A stretch of DNA of 64,000 nt from Microcella sp. (GCF_051860105.1 NZ_JBHYEO010000010.1:2832-66831), one strand, 5' to 3'; counted from the first letter of the stretch, positions 25,927 to 34,853 are shown. The notes: a model not told the origin generated them from the letters alone. Made by a program: numbers and translations.

Positions 25927-27794
25927 TGCCAGCCGAACGCACCTTCCCCTTCTCCGTCCGCCCACTTCACCGCGAGACGATCGACAGCTACACACGCCGA
26001 CTCCTGCTGGCCAACCACGAAGACCCCGGCCTGCCCAAACGCCTGATGCGCGCCCACGATGCAGAGGGCTCAGAATCCGTCACCTGGCTTGAGGTGCTCG
26101 CTGCGAAGACGGGCCGCGGAGAGCTGCACCTCGAAGCACCAGTAGGCGGGCTGATCACCCACCGCGACGGCGGCCACTGCGGCCAATGCGCTGAACTCAC
26201 GCCGGCACGAAGACTCTGCACCCACTGCTCTCACGGCGCCGTTGTTGAGCAGCATGCCCACGTCGACTCACCCGTCTGTCGACGTCACCGTCGATGGGTG
26301 GGCTTCGACGCCGTGCCCCAACGGCCCGTGAGCCCCGAACTGCTCACTGCAGAACGACAGCTACGCCGCGTGCACCGCGACGGCCGCTATGAGCACCGCA
26401 TTTTCCTGGTCCTCCTTCGCACGCTCGCCCCTGATTGGTCCGCTCAATCTGCGGCCTTTCCGCTGGCCGTTCGCATTCTCCAATCGGTGACCAGCTGCGC
26501 ATTCTTGGCCCGTCTGCTCGACCCGAGCATCACCTACGCCGACGCGCATCGGCTGCTTGCCGAGGTCGTTGCGCTACACACCTCGAACCAAGAAGTGGTC
26601 CGAGCTCTCTGGCTCTCCCTGCGGGTCGTGTTCGCGTCGATCCACCTCAGCCGGCATCGAGGCGGCCCCATCCCCGAGCCATGGGCCCACGCTTTCCCGA
26701 TCGCGCCCGAGCTGCTCGCCAGCTCGTCGGTGGCTGCCGCGCCGTTCGAGTCGTTCAGCGGATTCCTCACTGCCGTCAACGTCACGCTGGAAGACGCGGT
26801 CGACTTCGAAGTGCAGCACCACCTGCTGCAACTCGACCCGGACGAGCACGCCAAATACCGCACGGCCTGCGGCAACGGGCACCTTCTACTCACCGCCGCC
26901 AACCGACGCCGATTCGGCGCCTGCCAGACCTGCGGGCATGGCGTACGCCCCGGCATCAACGACATCTACACCCTCGCGCCTCGACTCGTGTCGGAATGGG
27001 ATGCAGAAGCAAACGGAGGCGCAATGCCCGAGAATTTCGCCGCTGGCAGCTCCGAGAAGCGGTGGTGGCGGTGCGCACACGGACACCCATTCGCTGCCAC
27101 GCCGAGCAATCGACACATCAACAAGTCACGATGCCCCGTCTGCATGAACCGGTTGATCGTCGCCGGCGTGAACGATTTGATGACGACCCATCCAGAGATC
27201 GCGGGGGAGATCGACGATGACTTCGCTCCGGCCCTCCTCTCTAAGGCATCCGATCACATCACGTCCTTCCGCTGCCCCAGCGGACACCGCTACCAGAGGC
27301 GCATCGTCGACCGCGTTGCCGGAAAGGGATGCCTGACGTGCACGGAAGACGGCCTGAGGGCTTCAAAGCAGAGCATCGTTGACACGCACCCTGAGGTCGC
27401 GAATGAGTGGCACCCGTGGCGCAACCATCAGCGGAAGCCTGAGCACTTCAGCTTCGGGTCACGAGAGACCGCCTGGTGGCTATGTCCGCGAGGCCACGCG
27501 TTTGAGTCCCGCATCGAGCGTCGAACCCGGGCCAACTACCGGTGCGGAATGTGCAGCAAGCGTGAGTTCGCCCCCGGCGTCAACGATCTCGCGACTACCG
27601 ACCCCGAACTCGTTCTCGAATGGCATCCCCACAAGAACTCGGCCAGCGCCAGTGAGCTGATGTCGATCGACAAGCTGTTCTGGTGGAAGTGCATTGCGAG
27701 CGGGCATGAGTACGAGCAGACCGTTGACCATCGTCGCAAGTCCATGGGTTGCCCCCAGTGTGATCCTGCTGACCGTGTAATGCATCGGGCGTAG
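25926..27794 (+). CDS. tniQ: TniQ-family target-selector protein with C-terminal array of five zinc-ribbon repeats
   Basis: N-terminal FSVRPLHRETIDSYTRRLLLANH is TniQ-like. A Cys cluster HCGQCAE...CTHCSHG follows. The C-terminal half contains five C-x2-GH...C-x2-C units separated by GxND(L/I)..T.P.L..EW linkers. The start overlaps the tnsC stop (TGATG). Confidence 0.85.
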   Translation: MPAERTFPFSVRPLHRETIDSYTRRLLLANHEDPGLPKRLMRAHDAEGSESVTWLEVLAAKTGRGELHLEAPVGGLITHRDGGHCGQCAELTPARRLCTHCSHGAVVEQHAHVDSPVCRRHRRWVGFDAVPQRPVSPELLTAERQLRRVHRDGRYEHRIFLVLLRTLAPDWSAQSAAFPLAVRILQSVTSCAFLARLLDPSITYADAHRLLAEVVALHTSNQEVVRALWLSLRVVFASIHLSRHRGGPIPEPWAHAFPIAPELLASSSVAAAPFESFSGFLTAVNVTLEDAVDFEVQHHLLQLDPDEHAKYRTACGNGHLLLTAANRRRFGACQTCGHGVRPGINDIYTLAPRLVSEWDAEANGGAMPENFAAGSSEKRWWRCAHGHPFAATPSNRHINKSRCPVCMNRLIVAGVNDLMTTHPEIAGEIDDDFAPALLSKASDHITSFRCPSGHRYQRRIVDRVAGKGCLTCTEDGLRASKQSIVDTHPEVANEWHPWRNHQRKPEHFSFGSRETAWWLCPRGHAFESRIERRTRANYRCGMCSKREFAPGVNDLATTDPELVLEWHPHKNSASASELMSIDKLFWWKCIASGHEYEQTVDHRRKSMGCPQCDPADRVMHRA

Positions 27795-27831
27795 GTCTTG
27801 TTGGCGGACAGTTGGTGGTCACCCGGCGCTT

Positions 27832-29598
27832 CTAGCCTGTCCCTGCCTGGTCGCTTGTATCCCTTTCCACCGCGCTGAGGTCAGAGCTTTCGGCGAGCAA
27901 TCGGTCTGCCTCTGCAGAGATAGCGGCGATCTCTCGCCCTGCATCGCTACGCGCTTCATCCGCGCCGATGATCGACTCCTGCGCCGCTCGGATCCCGTCG
28001 ATCAATGCCTCCATTCGCGGGTCGACTACGCTGGCGAGTTGACTACGCGCGTTCGCGGAAATCCTGTCCGCGTGCCCCATGATCTCGGTGACGAACGCGG
28101 CGTGCTGCCGGTCGCCCGCTACCTGGGTACGTCGCGCTTCGCGCTCATCTCTCCAGATTTCGTACCCGGCGCTTCCGATCTGCACCACGAAGCCAGCCAC
28201 CTTTACGGCCTTGCCGATCTTGTCAGCGATCTTCACTGCTTCCCACGGCGCGAACTTCTTGTCGAAGACGACGTGGCCGACCTCCTTGACCATCTTGTGG
28301 CCGGCGGTGCCAGCCGAGTTGCGTACCCCGTCACCGGCACCCCACCATGTCCGGCCTTGCTTGAGTTGCTCCACCACCCGGGTCAAGTCAATCTCGCGTG
28401 ATGCACGCTCTTGCGGCCTCTGACGTCCCGCTGAGCGCCCTGTCTCTGTGTCTAGCTCGACGGGTCCGTCAAGGATGATTTCCCCTGCTGCCATCAGGAG
28501 TTGACCCGCCCTGTTGCCTTGCTCGATTTCAAGTAGCTGCTCGGTCAGTTTCGTGGTCTGAACCTCGACCAAGCGATTGACGACGTCGGCGAACTGTTGG
28601 GCGTGGCGACCCAGAGCATCTGCGAGTCGTTCTTTCGCTTCGGCCAAGATCAATCGCGCCTCGGCATCGTCTGCCGGGACGCTCGTCGCGGTGTCCACGA
28701 ATCCGATCACGTCTACGCGGCAGGCTGACTTGAAGGTGTCCTCTGCTGACTTGAAGAGATGATCGATCATGTTGCGCCGCTCGGCCGCGGCCGCATGCTG
28801 ACTCGCAAGCAGGCTCAACGCCAATTTGGAGTTGTCATCCGGTACAAAGAGCTCCTGTGCTTCGTCACACAGTTGACGGACAAGGTGGATCGGTTGCCTC
28901 AGCTGGGCAAGATCGCCACGCGCCACGCTGATGGTATTGATCGCACTACGTAATGAGTCGATCCCTGATCGGGCTCGCAACTGCTCCGACCTGGGGCCCC
29001 CTTCAAGACTTCTCAGGTAGTAAACCGAGTCCACCTCCACGATGGGGAGCGTGAACGAACTGGTGCCTAGAGCTCCGTGGACTTCGTTTTCTCGGATCCC
29101 CGGAGCCGCCGACTGCATTCCAGATTGAGTGATGACCACGATCGTTTGGCCGTGAAGCCGCAAGTCAATTGTGATGCGCCGAAGATACTCACTTGCCGCA
29201 TTGTCGAGAAGGCCCACGTTCACTACAAACAGAATGAAGTCAGCATCCCCCACGGCCGCCCTCGCCTTGTCATCGTGCTCCCTGAGCCCCGACTTCACGC
29301 CCGGCGTGTCGACGAGAACAACAGCGCCATCCCACTCATATGGCGTCACTTCGTCGGTCGCAATATCAGCGTGACTGATGGGCCGAACTGCTCCGTCCGT
29401 GAGCGCTTCAATGAGTTTGGACTTCCCACTGCTGTATTGGCCGGTGAGCACCATCATGGGCTTCTCGCGCGGTTCCGACTTCGCCCTCGCAAGGAGATCC
29501 GACGCGATCGGCCCCGGCTGGCGCGAAAGCACCGTCCGGAGACGGACTATGAGGTCATTGCCTTCGGTGGCAAGTTCGTGGACGAGCATGTGAGTCAC
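27832..29598 (-). CDS. Bacterial dynamin-like GTPase (LeoA-like)
   Basis: 588-aa ORF. P-loop is LTGQYSSGKSKL and G3 is LVDTPGV, followed by a long helical stalk region. The GTG start overlaps the TGA of the upstream gene (GTGA at 29595-29598). Confidence 0.8.
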   Translation of the reverse strand: MTHMLVHELATEGNDLIVRLRTVLSRQPGPIASDLLARAKSEPREKPMMVLTGQYSSGKSKLIEALTDGAVRPISHADIATDEVTPYEWDGAVVLVDTPGVKSGLREHDDKARAAVGDADFILFVVNVGLLDNAASEYLRRITIDLRLHGQTIVVITQSGMQSAAPGIRENEVHGALGTSSFTLPIVEVDSVYYLRSLEGGPRSEQLRARSGIDSLRSAINTISVARGDLAQLRQPIHLVRQLCDEAQELFVPDDNSKLALSLLASQHAAAAERRNMIDHLFKSAEDTFKSACRVDVIGFVDTATSVPADDAEARLILAEAKERLADALGRHAQQFADVVNRLVEVQTTKLTEQLLEIEQGNRAGQLLMAAGEIILDGPVELDTETGRSAGRQRPQERASREIDLTRVVEQLKQGRTWWGAGDGVRNSAGTAGHKMVKEVGHVVFDKKFAPWEAVKIADKIGKAVKVAGFVVQIGSAGYEIWRDEREARRTQVAGDRQHAAFVTEIMGHADRISANARSQLASVVDPRMEALIDGIRAAQESIIGADEARSDAGREIAAISAEADRLLAESSDLSAVERDTSDQAGTG

Positions 29599-31775
29599 TG
29601 TCGGTCTCCTTCATCGATTCGTACGTGAATGCCTGTGTGCGCACGGGCCAGCGACTCCCACGCCTCCCGTACTCCTGAGGGCAAGGGGTCCGGATAGGAA
29701 AGCACCAAGCGGTCTTCATCCATGTGCTTGACCGTGATCTCCTGCTCCGAGAGGTTTCGCATGATGTGAAGCGCCTGCGTTGCCGGAGCATCACCGACCC
29801 AGACCGGCATGATCCGTTCCACGGCCTCAGACGGAGGGAACAACACGAGCTCGCTGTAACACGGCTCCGCCACGTCAACTACGTAGCCTGCACCGCGCCA
29901 TCGTGTTGCCTTGCGCACAGAGTCCGCGTTCCGACTGCGTCCGGTCAGCTTCAAGATTTCGCGGCTCAGCTCTGCGTCCAGTACACCGATTCCGGACTCG
30001 ATCTTCTCAGCTGCCTTCTCTAGTTTCGCAATTGCACGTGGCAACGCAGCCATGACCCTCGACTGGCGCGAAAGCTCGAACTGGACTGCCGCTGTCCAGT
30101 CTTCACGCACCCTCATCGCCGCCGAACCAAGGTCAAGTTCAAGCTGTGTGAGGAGCGGAGAGAGCTGCTCTCTCATGCGCTTCCTACGTCGCGTGTGAAG
30201 CTCGGTTGGAGAGGTGAACGCGCGGTCACCAATCCAGTCGATCAGACGGTTCACCCCCAGCAGTGAGGCGACGAGGCCGATCACGGCGCCAAGCACAAGC
30301 CCGACGGCATTTCCAACCCCGGGCCCAAGAAAGGTGCCGATCAGGGCCCCGACTTTCGCGCCTCCAATCGTGCCTGCGATGCCCACCAAGACTCGACCCC
30401 CTGCTTTCACCGCACGGTTTCCCCAGATCGCACCGCGAAGACCGAGGTTCTTGAATCCTCCAGATTCAAAGTGCGCCCAGTCCTCCGCAACGTCTATTGC
30501 GATCGTCCTCAAGTCCTCCACCAGTCGATCCCCGATCGAAGTTGCGGCCTGCGCCAGGCGGACTCGAAGAGTGTCGACTTCCTCCGCCCAACGGCGATTG
30601 ATCTCTTTAGCAGGCTGATCTACGTCGACCTCCTCAATCCACCGCTCCCGGGATCTGACTTCTGAGGTGAAGGTTCCCTCCAGTTCGTCGGCTGCATCCT
30701 GAACCCTTCGAAGTGCACGGATCCGGAAGCTCTCGCGGCTCCCGACCATTGCCTCGTATGCCGCCTGGAGGGCCCACGTTTCGCCAACAAGAGCACTGGA
30801 TGTTTCCGTTAGCTCGATTTGAGCGGCGTCAAACAAACTGACCACGCGTCGCTGAGTCGCGGTGCGATCCCGCTGGTCGGCCAACGCTGAAACAAGCGCG
30901 TCAATCCGACTGTTGGTGCGCAGAACTGCCGACAACTGCTCGTCCAACCCACCCCCCACGGAAAGGAGAGCCGCCTGCGCGTGGAAAGGGACGGCGTGTA
31001 AATACATGCCACCCGCCCGTGCAAGGTGTCGTCGGATTGGCGCGAGATTCCCTTCAGCGTCACCGCCGAATACGAGCTCCGGCTCTTCCACAAAGTCGAG
31101 GAGTCCATCCTCGTTGGTGACATCCTTGAGACAGTTCAGTGCCACAAGAATCGGCTTCCCCATGTCAGCCAGTCGTTCGAGGGCCTCACCGGTCTCGGCT
31201 TGAGTGGCCTGAGTTGGGGCCACCCAGAGAACTAGGTCCGCGTTCGCGACTTCCGCAAAGGCGGCCGCGTAGTCCTCTTCACCGTCATGCGCCCCAACGC
31301 CAGGCGTGTCGACAATCTCGATACCGAGAGCCAAGGCCTCCCGTCGCTGGGCATGCCTGGTGAACCTCTGACGACCATCCCCTACCAGGTCTCCTGAACC
31401 GCCGGACAGATACTCGAAAAGCGTGCTCTTTCCAGCCTTGGTGCGTCCCATGAGTACGACCCGGAACGGTAGATCAACATCTCTCTCCGCGATCTGGTCG
31501 AGAACGAGTTGAAGGCGCGCTTCGGCATCTCGCAAACGGGTGACAGTGGGGTCGAGGGTTGACTGCGCTCCCGCAAGGACGCTCAACGATTCGATTTCCG
31601 CCGCGGCAGTGTCGAGTCCTTCGACGAGATCCCTCCCGACCTGCGAGAGCAGCGACTTCAACGTCAATAGCGGCGTCTCGCCATCGGAGTCGGGACCATA
31701 GAAGAGATGACGGGCCCACTCTTTGCCGACACTCGCGGACCGCCCCGAGACCGTCCAGCTCATTTGCTGGTCCAC
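29595..31775 (-). CDS. Bacterial dynamin-like GTPase with glycine-zipper membrane paddle (LeoBC-like)
   Basis: 726-aa ORF. P-loop is LMGRTKAGKSTL and G3 is IVDTPGVG. The hydrophobic Gly-rich segment is GGRVLVGIAGTIGGAKVGALIGTFLGPGVGNAVGLVLGAVIGLVASLLG. Confidence 0.8.
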   Translation of the reverse strand: MDQQMSWTVSGRSASVGKEWARHLFYGPDSDGETPLLTLKSLLSQVGRDLVEGLDTAAAEIESLSVLAGAQSTLDPTVTRLRDAEARLQLVLDQIAERDVDLPFRVVLMGRTKAGKSTLFEYLSGGSGDLVGDGRQRFTRHAQRREALALGIEIVDTPGVGAHDGEEDYAAAFAEVANADLVLWVAPTQATQAETGEALERLADMGKPILVALNCLKDVTNEDGLLDFVEEPELVFGGDAEGNLAPIRRHLARAGGMYLHAVPFHAQAALLSVGGGLDEQLSAVLRTNSRIDALVSALADQRDRTATQRRVVSLFDAAQIELTETSSALVGETWALQAAYEAMVGSRESFRIRALRRVQDAADELEGTFTSEVRSRERWIEEVDVDQPAKEINRRWAEEVDTLRVRLAQAATSIGDRLVEDLRTIAIDVAEDWAHFESGGFKNLGLRGAIWGNRAVKAGGRVLVGIAGTIGGAKVGALIGTFLGPGVGNAVGLVLGAVIGLVASLLGVNRLIDWIGDRAFTSPTELHTRRRKRMREQLSPLLTQLELDLGSAAMRVREDWTAAVQFELSRQSRVMAALPRAIAKLEKAAEKIESGIGVLDAELSREILKLTGRSRNADSVRKATRWRGAGYVVDVAEPCYSELVLFPPSEAVERIMPVWVGDAPATQALHIMRNLSEQEITVKHMDEDRLVLSYPDPLPSGVREAWESLARAHTGIHVRIDEGDRQ

Positions 31776-32087
31776 GGCAAGTTGGAGACGGGCACCTGGG
31801 AGAACATGGGGCCTTGCCCTCCTTCAGCGTCGTACTGACTTGAGATCGCAAGGATGACTGGCTGCTCTCGGCCGATGTCGTAAATGATATGACATCAACA
31901 ATGTCGCCCGTCTGCCGCGAAGTGCCGCCGGAGGAACGACGAGTTCCAGACTTAGCATTCTTCGACGTGCCGCATCGCGCTCAGATAGCCGCCCAGAGGA
32001 CCTACCCCCTTTGTGCGCTGCGTGCCGTCGGACACGTCAACTTGCTCCTAACGGACGAGTGTTTCGCGAACGCGCGAGCAGATGCGA

Positions 32088-32684
32088 CTACGGAACAACG
32101 TGAACGATCAACTTCCCCGAGAATCTGTCCCAGGCAAGCTGCACGACCACCTTCGCGCCCGCTGGAACATCGATCGCAGCGGAACGGAACGATGACTTGA
32201 ACTTCAAGACTCCCTTTCCTTGGCGATTGACCTGGAGGCTCTCGTCGCGACCAACCTCACCGACGGGCACTTCGTTCCAGAGGACCTTCACACGAGGATT
32301 CACGGCGAACATCTCTCTGTATCCGCGAACTGAGACCTCCGTTGGCCGGGCGCCATCGTTCGTGTCGAGGGCAGAACTCGCGCGTGTGCCAACGTCGGGT
32401 GTCACGGGCCGAGTCGGTGCCTGGCGGGAATTAGCCTCGGTGTTCGTCGTCCGGTACTGGGGCGTTGGAATCGCAGTATCCGAAGGTCTCGGCCGCTTGT
32501 AGAAGGAAATGGCGATCAGACCAACGCCCGCTACAAACAAGAGCAGAGCATCCAGCACGCGTGCGCCGGCATCGATCGCCCCGAGCGTTCCCCCCGGTCC
32601 AGGGCGGCCGCCATTCCAATTGAGTAACCCGATCACGAGGAAGAAGAGCAGTGCAAAGCCCAGGATTCTGACGAAGATTCGCAT
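32088..32684 (-). CDS. Hypothetical membrane protein (two predicted TM helices plus a C-terminal soluble domain)
   Basis: Start taken at MRIFVRILGFALLFFLVIGLL (ATG 32684). A second hydrophobic helix is LLLFVAGVGLIAISF. The C-terminal ~90 aa look beta-rich. No motif recognised. Confidence 0.55.
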   Translation of the reverse strand: MRIFVRILGFALLFFLVIGLLNWNGGRPGPGGTLGAIDAGARVLDALLLFVAGVGLIAISFYKRPRPSDTAIPTPQYRTTNTEANSRQAPTRPVTPDVGTRASSALDTNDGARPTEVSVRGYREMFAVNPRVKVLWNEVPVGEVGRDESLQVNRQGKGVLKFKSSFRSAAIDVPAGAKVVVQLAWDRFSGKLIVHVVP

Positions 32685-32846
32685 GACCGCACGGTAGCAG
32701 GGCGAGGCCAGTCTCTGGCGAAGCAACCGGGACTGCCACACGCGCAATTCGCACGGTGTGGTCACGGGGCCGGCGCGACCGACGAAGGCACGCGAGTCTC
32801 GACTTAGAACGCAAAGTCTGATCGTTTGCGCCGTGACGGGCGACTT

Positions 32847-32941
32847 GTCTCACCCTCGCTGAGACGGCGCGCGGCAGCGGCGCGGAGATTCCCCCGATTC
32901 ATCCAGTCTCAACTAGCTGAGAAATCTCATCTGGATTGAGA
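32847..32941. repeat. Three copies of a TCTCA-N6/7-TGAGA palindrome at the low-GC/high-GC junction
   Basis: GTCTCAccctcgcTGAGAC (32847-32865), TCTCAactagcTGAGA (32907-32922) and TCTCAtctggatTGAGA (32925-32941), read directly. Confidence 0.5.
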
Positions 32942-33059
32942 ACTGTCAGCCGCTCCTGCGGCGTCGCGCCGCTCCCGCGCGACGAGCGCGGTCGCCGCGC
33001 TTCGCGTCCCGGCTCGCGCCGAGCCGGCCGCCGCTCCTGCGGCGCAGCGCGCTCCGCGG

Positions 33060-34682
33060 TCAGTCCTCGTCGGTGAGGGCGTAGCTCGCGATCTCGGCGC
33101 GCACGCGATCGAGGGCGGCGGGCGTGAGCCCCGCATCCCCCGTCACCGCCAGCCAGCCATCGACGACGACGTCGCCGAAGTTGTGGCCGTGTCGCGCCGG
33201 AACACTCTGCCCCATGAGCATGTCGATCGTCACCTGCAGGCCCGTGACCACGGGGATCCAGCGCATCGCCGGGCTCACATCCGCACCGCGCTGGTCGGGT
33301 TCGAGCCACTCGGGCGACGACCACAGCAGCTCGGGAGCGAGCCATGTGATGGGGTCGGTCGCGTGCTGGAGGTACAGCACGCGCGGCTCCTCCCAGGGGC
33401 CCGGCAGACGATCGGTGTCGCCGGGCTGCGACATCCAGCGCACCTGCGCGCCCTCATCGAGCACAGGCTGCCAGGCGGGCGACCCGGCATCGCGGGCCCC
33501 CTGCAGCTCCTGCCACATCGTCGCGCTCGCTGGGCTGCCCACGAAGAGCGCCCCATCGGTGCGCTCGCGCAGGTCGGCGAGGTCGGCGAAGACCTCCTGA
33601 CCACCGTGAGCGCCGAGGCTCAGGCCGTAGGTGACGAGCCGCGGTCGGCTGTCGACCGGTCGGCTCGACCACTCGGCATAGACGGCCTCGAAGGTCGCCC
33701 GCGCGGCCTCGACAGGAGCATCCGGATCGAACAGGAACGACACCCAACTCGGCGTGTAAGCGTACTGCAGAGCCACGATCGCCGTGTCACCGCCATGCAG
33801 GTATTCGACCGCGTCGACCGCCTGGTCTTCGAGCCAGCCCGACCCCGTCGTGGTCGCGACCACGAGCAGCTCTCGCTCGAAAGCACCCGTGCGCCGCAGC
33901 TCGTCGACCGCGAGCTCGGCGCGCTCGGTGATCGTCGTTGCATTGCCGAGCCCGACGTAGACCCGCACGGGCTCGACCGCGTCGACTCCCGTGAGCGCCG
34001 AGATCTCCGCCGCCGTCGGGCCTCCCGCGACGAACGTGCCCCCGTGCCGACCGAGGCCGCTCCACTCGACCGCCGACTTCGACCCCGCTGAGCGGTAGTC
34101 GCTCGGCGGCTCGACAAGCAGCGCATCGGGCGCGCCGTTGCGGTCGGCGTAGATCGCATCGATCGCGGCGACGGCGGCCATGCCGAGCCCAAGCACCCCC
34201 GCTGCCACGACGGCAGTCGCACCGAGAAGGCCGAGGGCGGGCCCGGTGAGCCGCACGAGGTGCACCGTCAGGCGCCGCACCCCCCGGCCGATCGTCACGA
34301 GCAGCACGGCGGTGACCAGCGCGCCGACCGAGAACGCGCCGACCGCCACGGCATCGAGAGGGGCGACCTCGACGAGCGCGCGCACCTCGTTCTGCCAGCC
34401 CACCGCAGCGAGGCCGATGACCACGATGATGGTCGCGGCGAGCGCGAGCATCCCCCACCAGAACGCGCGGTGCACCCGCGGAGACGGTCGCCAGGGGGTC
34501 GCCGAGCGGATCGCCCACCACACGAGCGCCCCGAGCAGGTACCCGAGGCCACACGCGACACCCGCGAGCACTCCCTGCAGGATCGCGGGGCGCGGCAACA
34601 GCGACGGGGTGAGCGAGAGCGCGACGAACGCGAGGCCGATGAGCGAACCTCCCGGGTCGAGATGCCACCAACGTCGCGTCAT
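33060..34682 (-). CDS. Membrane-anchored alpha/beta-hydrolase family protein
   Basis: 540-aa ORF. The N-terminus has multiple TM helices. The C-terminal hydrolase-like region includes VTYGLSLGAHGG (nucleophile elbow-like). Confidence 0.75.
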   Translation of the reverse strand: MTRRWWHLDPGGSLIGLAFVALSLTPSLLPRPAILQGVLAGVACGLGYLLGALVWWAIRSATPWRPSPRVHRAFWWGMLALAATIIVVIGLAAVGWQNEVRALVEVAPLDAVAVGAFSVGALVTAVLLVTIGRGVRRLTVHLVRLTGPALGLLGATAVVAAGVLGLGMAAVAAIDAIYADRNGAPDALLVEPPSDYRSAGSKSAVEWSGLGRHGGTFVAGGPTAAEISALTGVDAVEPVRVYVGLGNATTITERAELAVDELRRTGAFERELLVVATTTGSGWLEDQAVDAVEYLHGGDTAIVALQYAYTPSWVSFLFDPDAPVEAARATFEAVYAEWSSRPVDSRPRLVTYGLSLGAHGGQEVFADLADLRERTDGALFVGSPASATMWQELQGARDAGSPAWQPVLDEGAQVRWMSQPGDTDRLPGPWEEPRVLYLQHATDPITWLAPELLWSSPEWLEPDQRGADVSPAMRWIPVVTGLQVTIDMLMGQSVPARHGHNFGDVVVDGWLAVTGDAGLTPAALDRVRAEIASYALTDED

Positions 34683-34853
34683 GGCGCCAGCCTACGGCGC
34701 GCGGTGCCGGTCAGGATCGGGCTCCGACACCCCTGCGCCCCCCGACCGAGGGGGGTCGGTACAACGAGACGCTGTCGTACCATGGAGACCGCCGCCGACG
34801 GCGTCTGTCGACGGTTGTCACCGCGCGTGATGCGCCCCGACCGGAAGACAGGA

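Larger units (their letters stand above)
22117..32684 (+). mobile_element. Tn7-like element: transposition module 22117-27794 plus presumed cargo to ~32.7-32.9 kb. Ends not identified.
   Basis: Coupled tnsA-tnsB-tnsC-tniQ genes. Everything downstream to the sharp GC rise at ~32.9 kb is accessory. I could not find terminal TGT...ACA repeats or TnsB-site arrays, so the boundaries are inference. Confidence 0.5.

Noticed and set aside
31889-32200. 103-aa plus-strand ORF in the spacer upstream of the dynamin operon.
   Set aside because: It overlaps the 3' end of the membrane-protein gene on the other strand and has no protein-like features. The spacer more likely holds the promoter of the dynamin operon.
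32950-33045. Direct repeat CCGCTCCTGCGGCG (two copies ~80 bp apart) and track ORFs 32899..33345 / 32927..33136.
   Set aside because: This is GC-rich low-complexity sequence downstream of the hydrolase gene. The ORFs are Arg/Ala shadow ORFs, and the repeat alone is too short to interpret.
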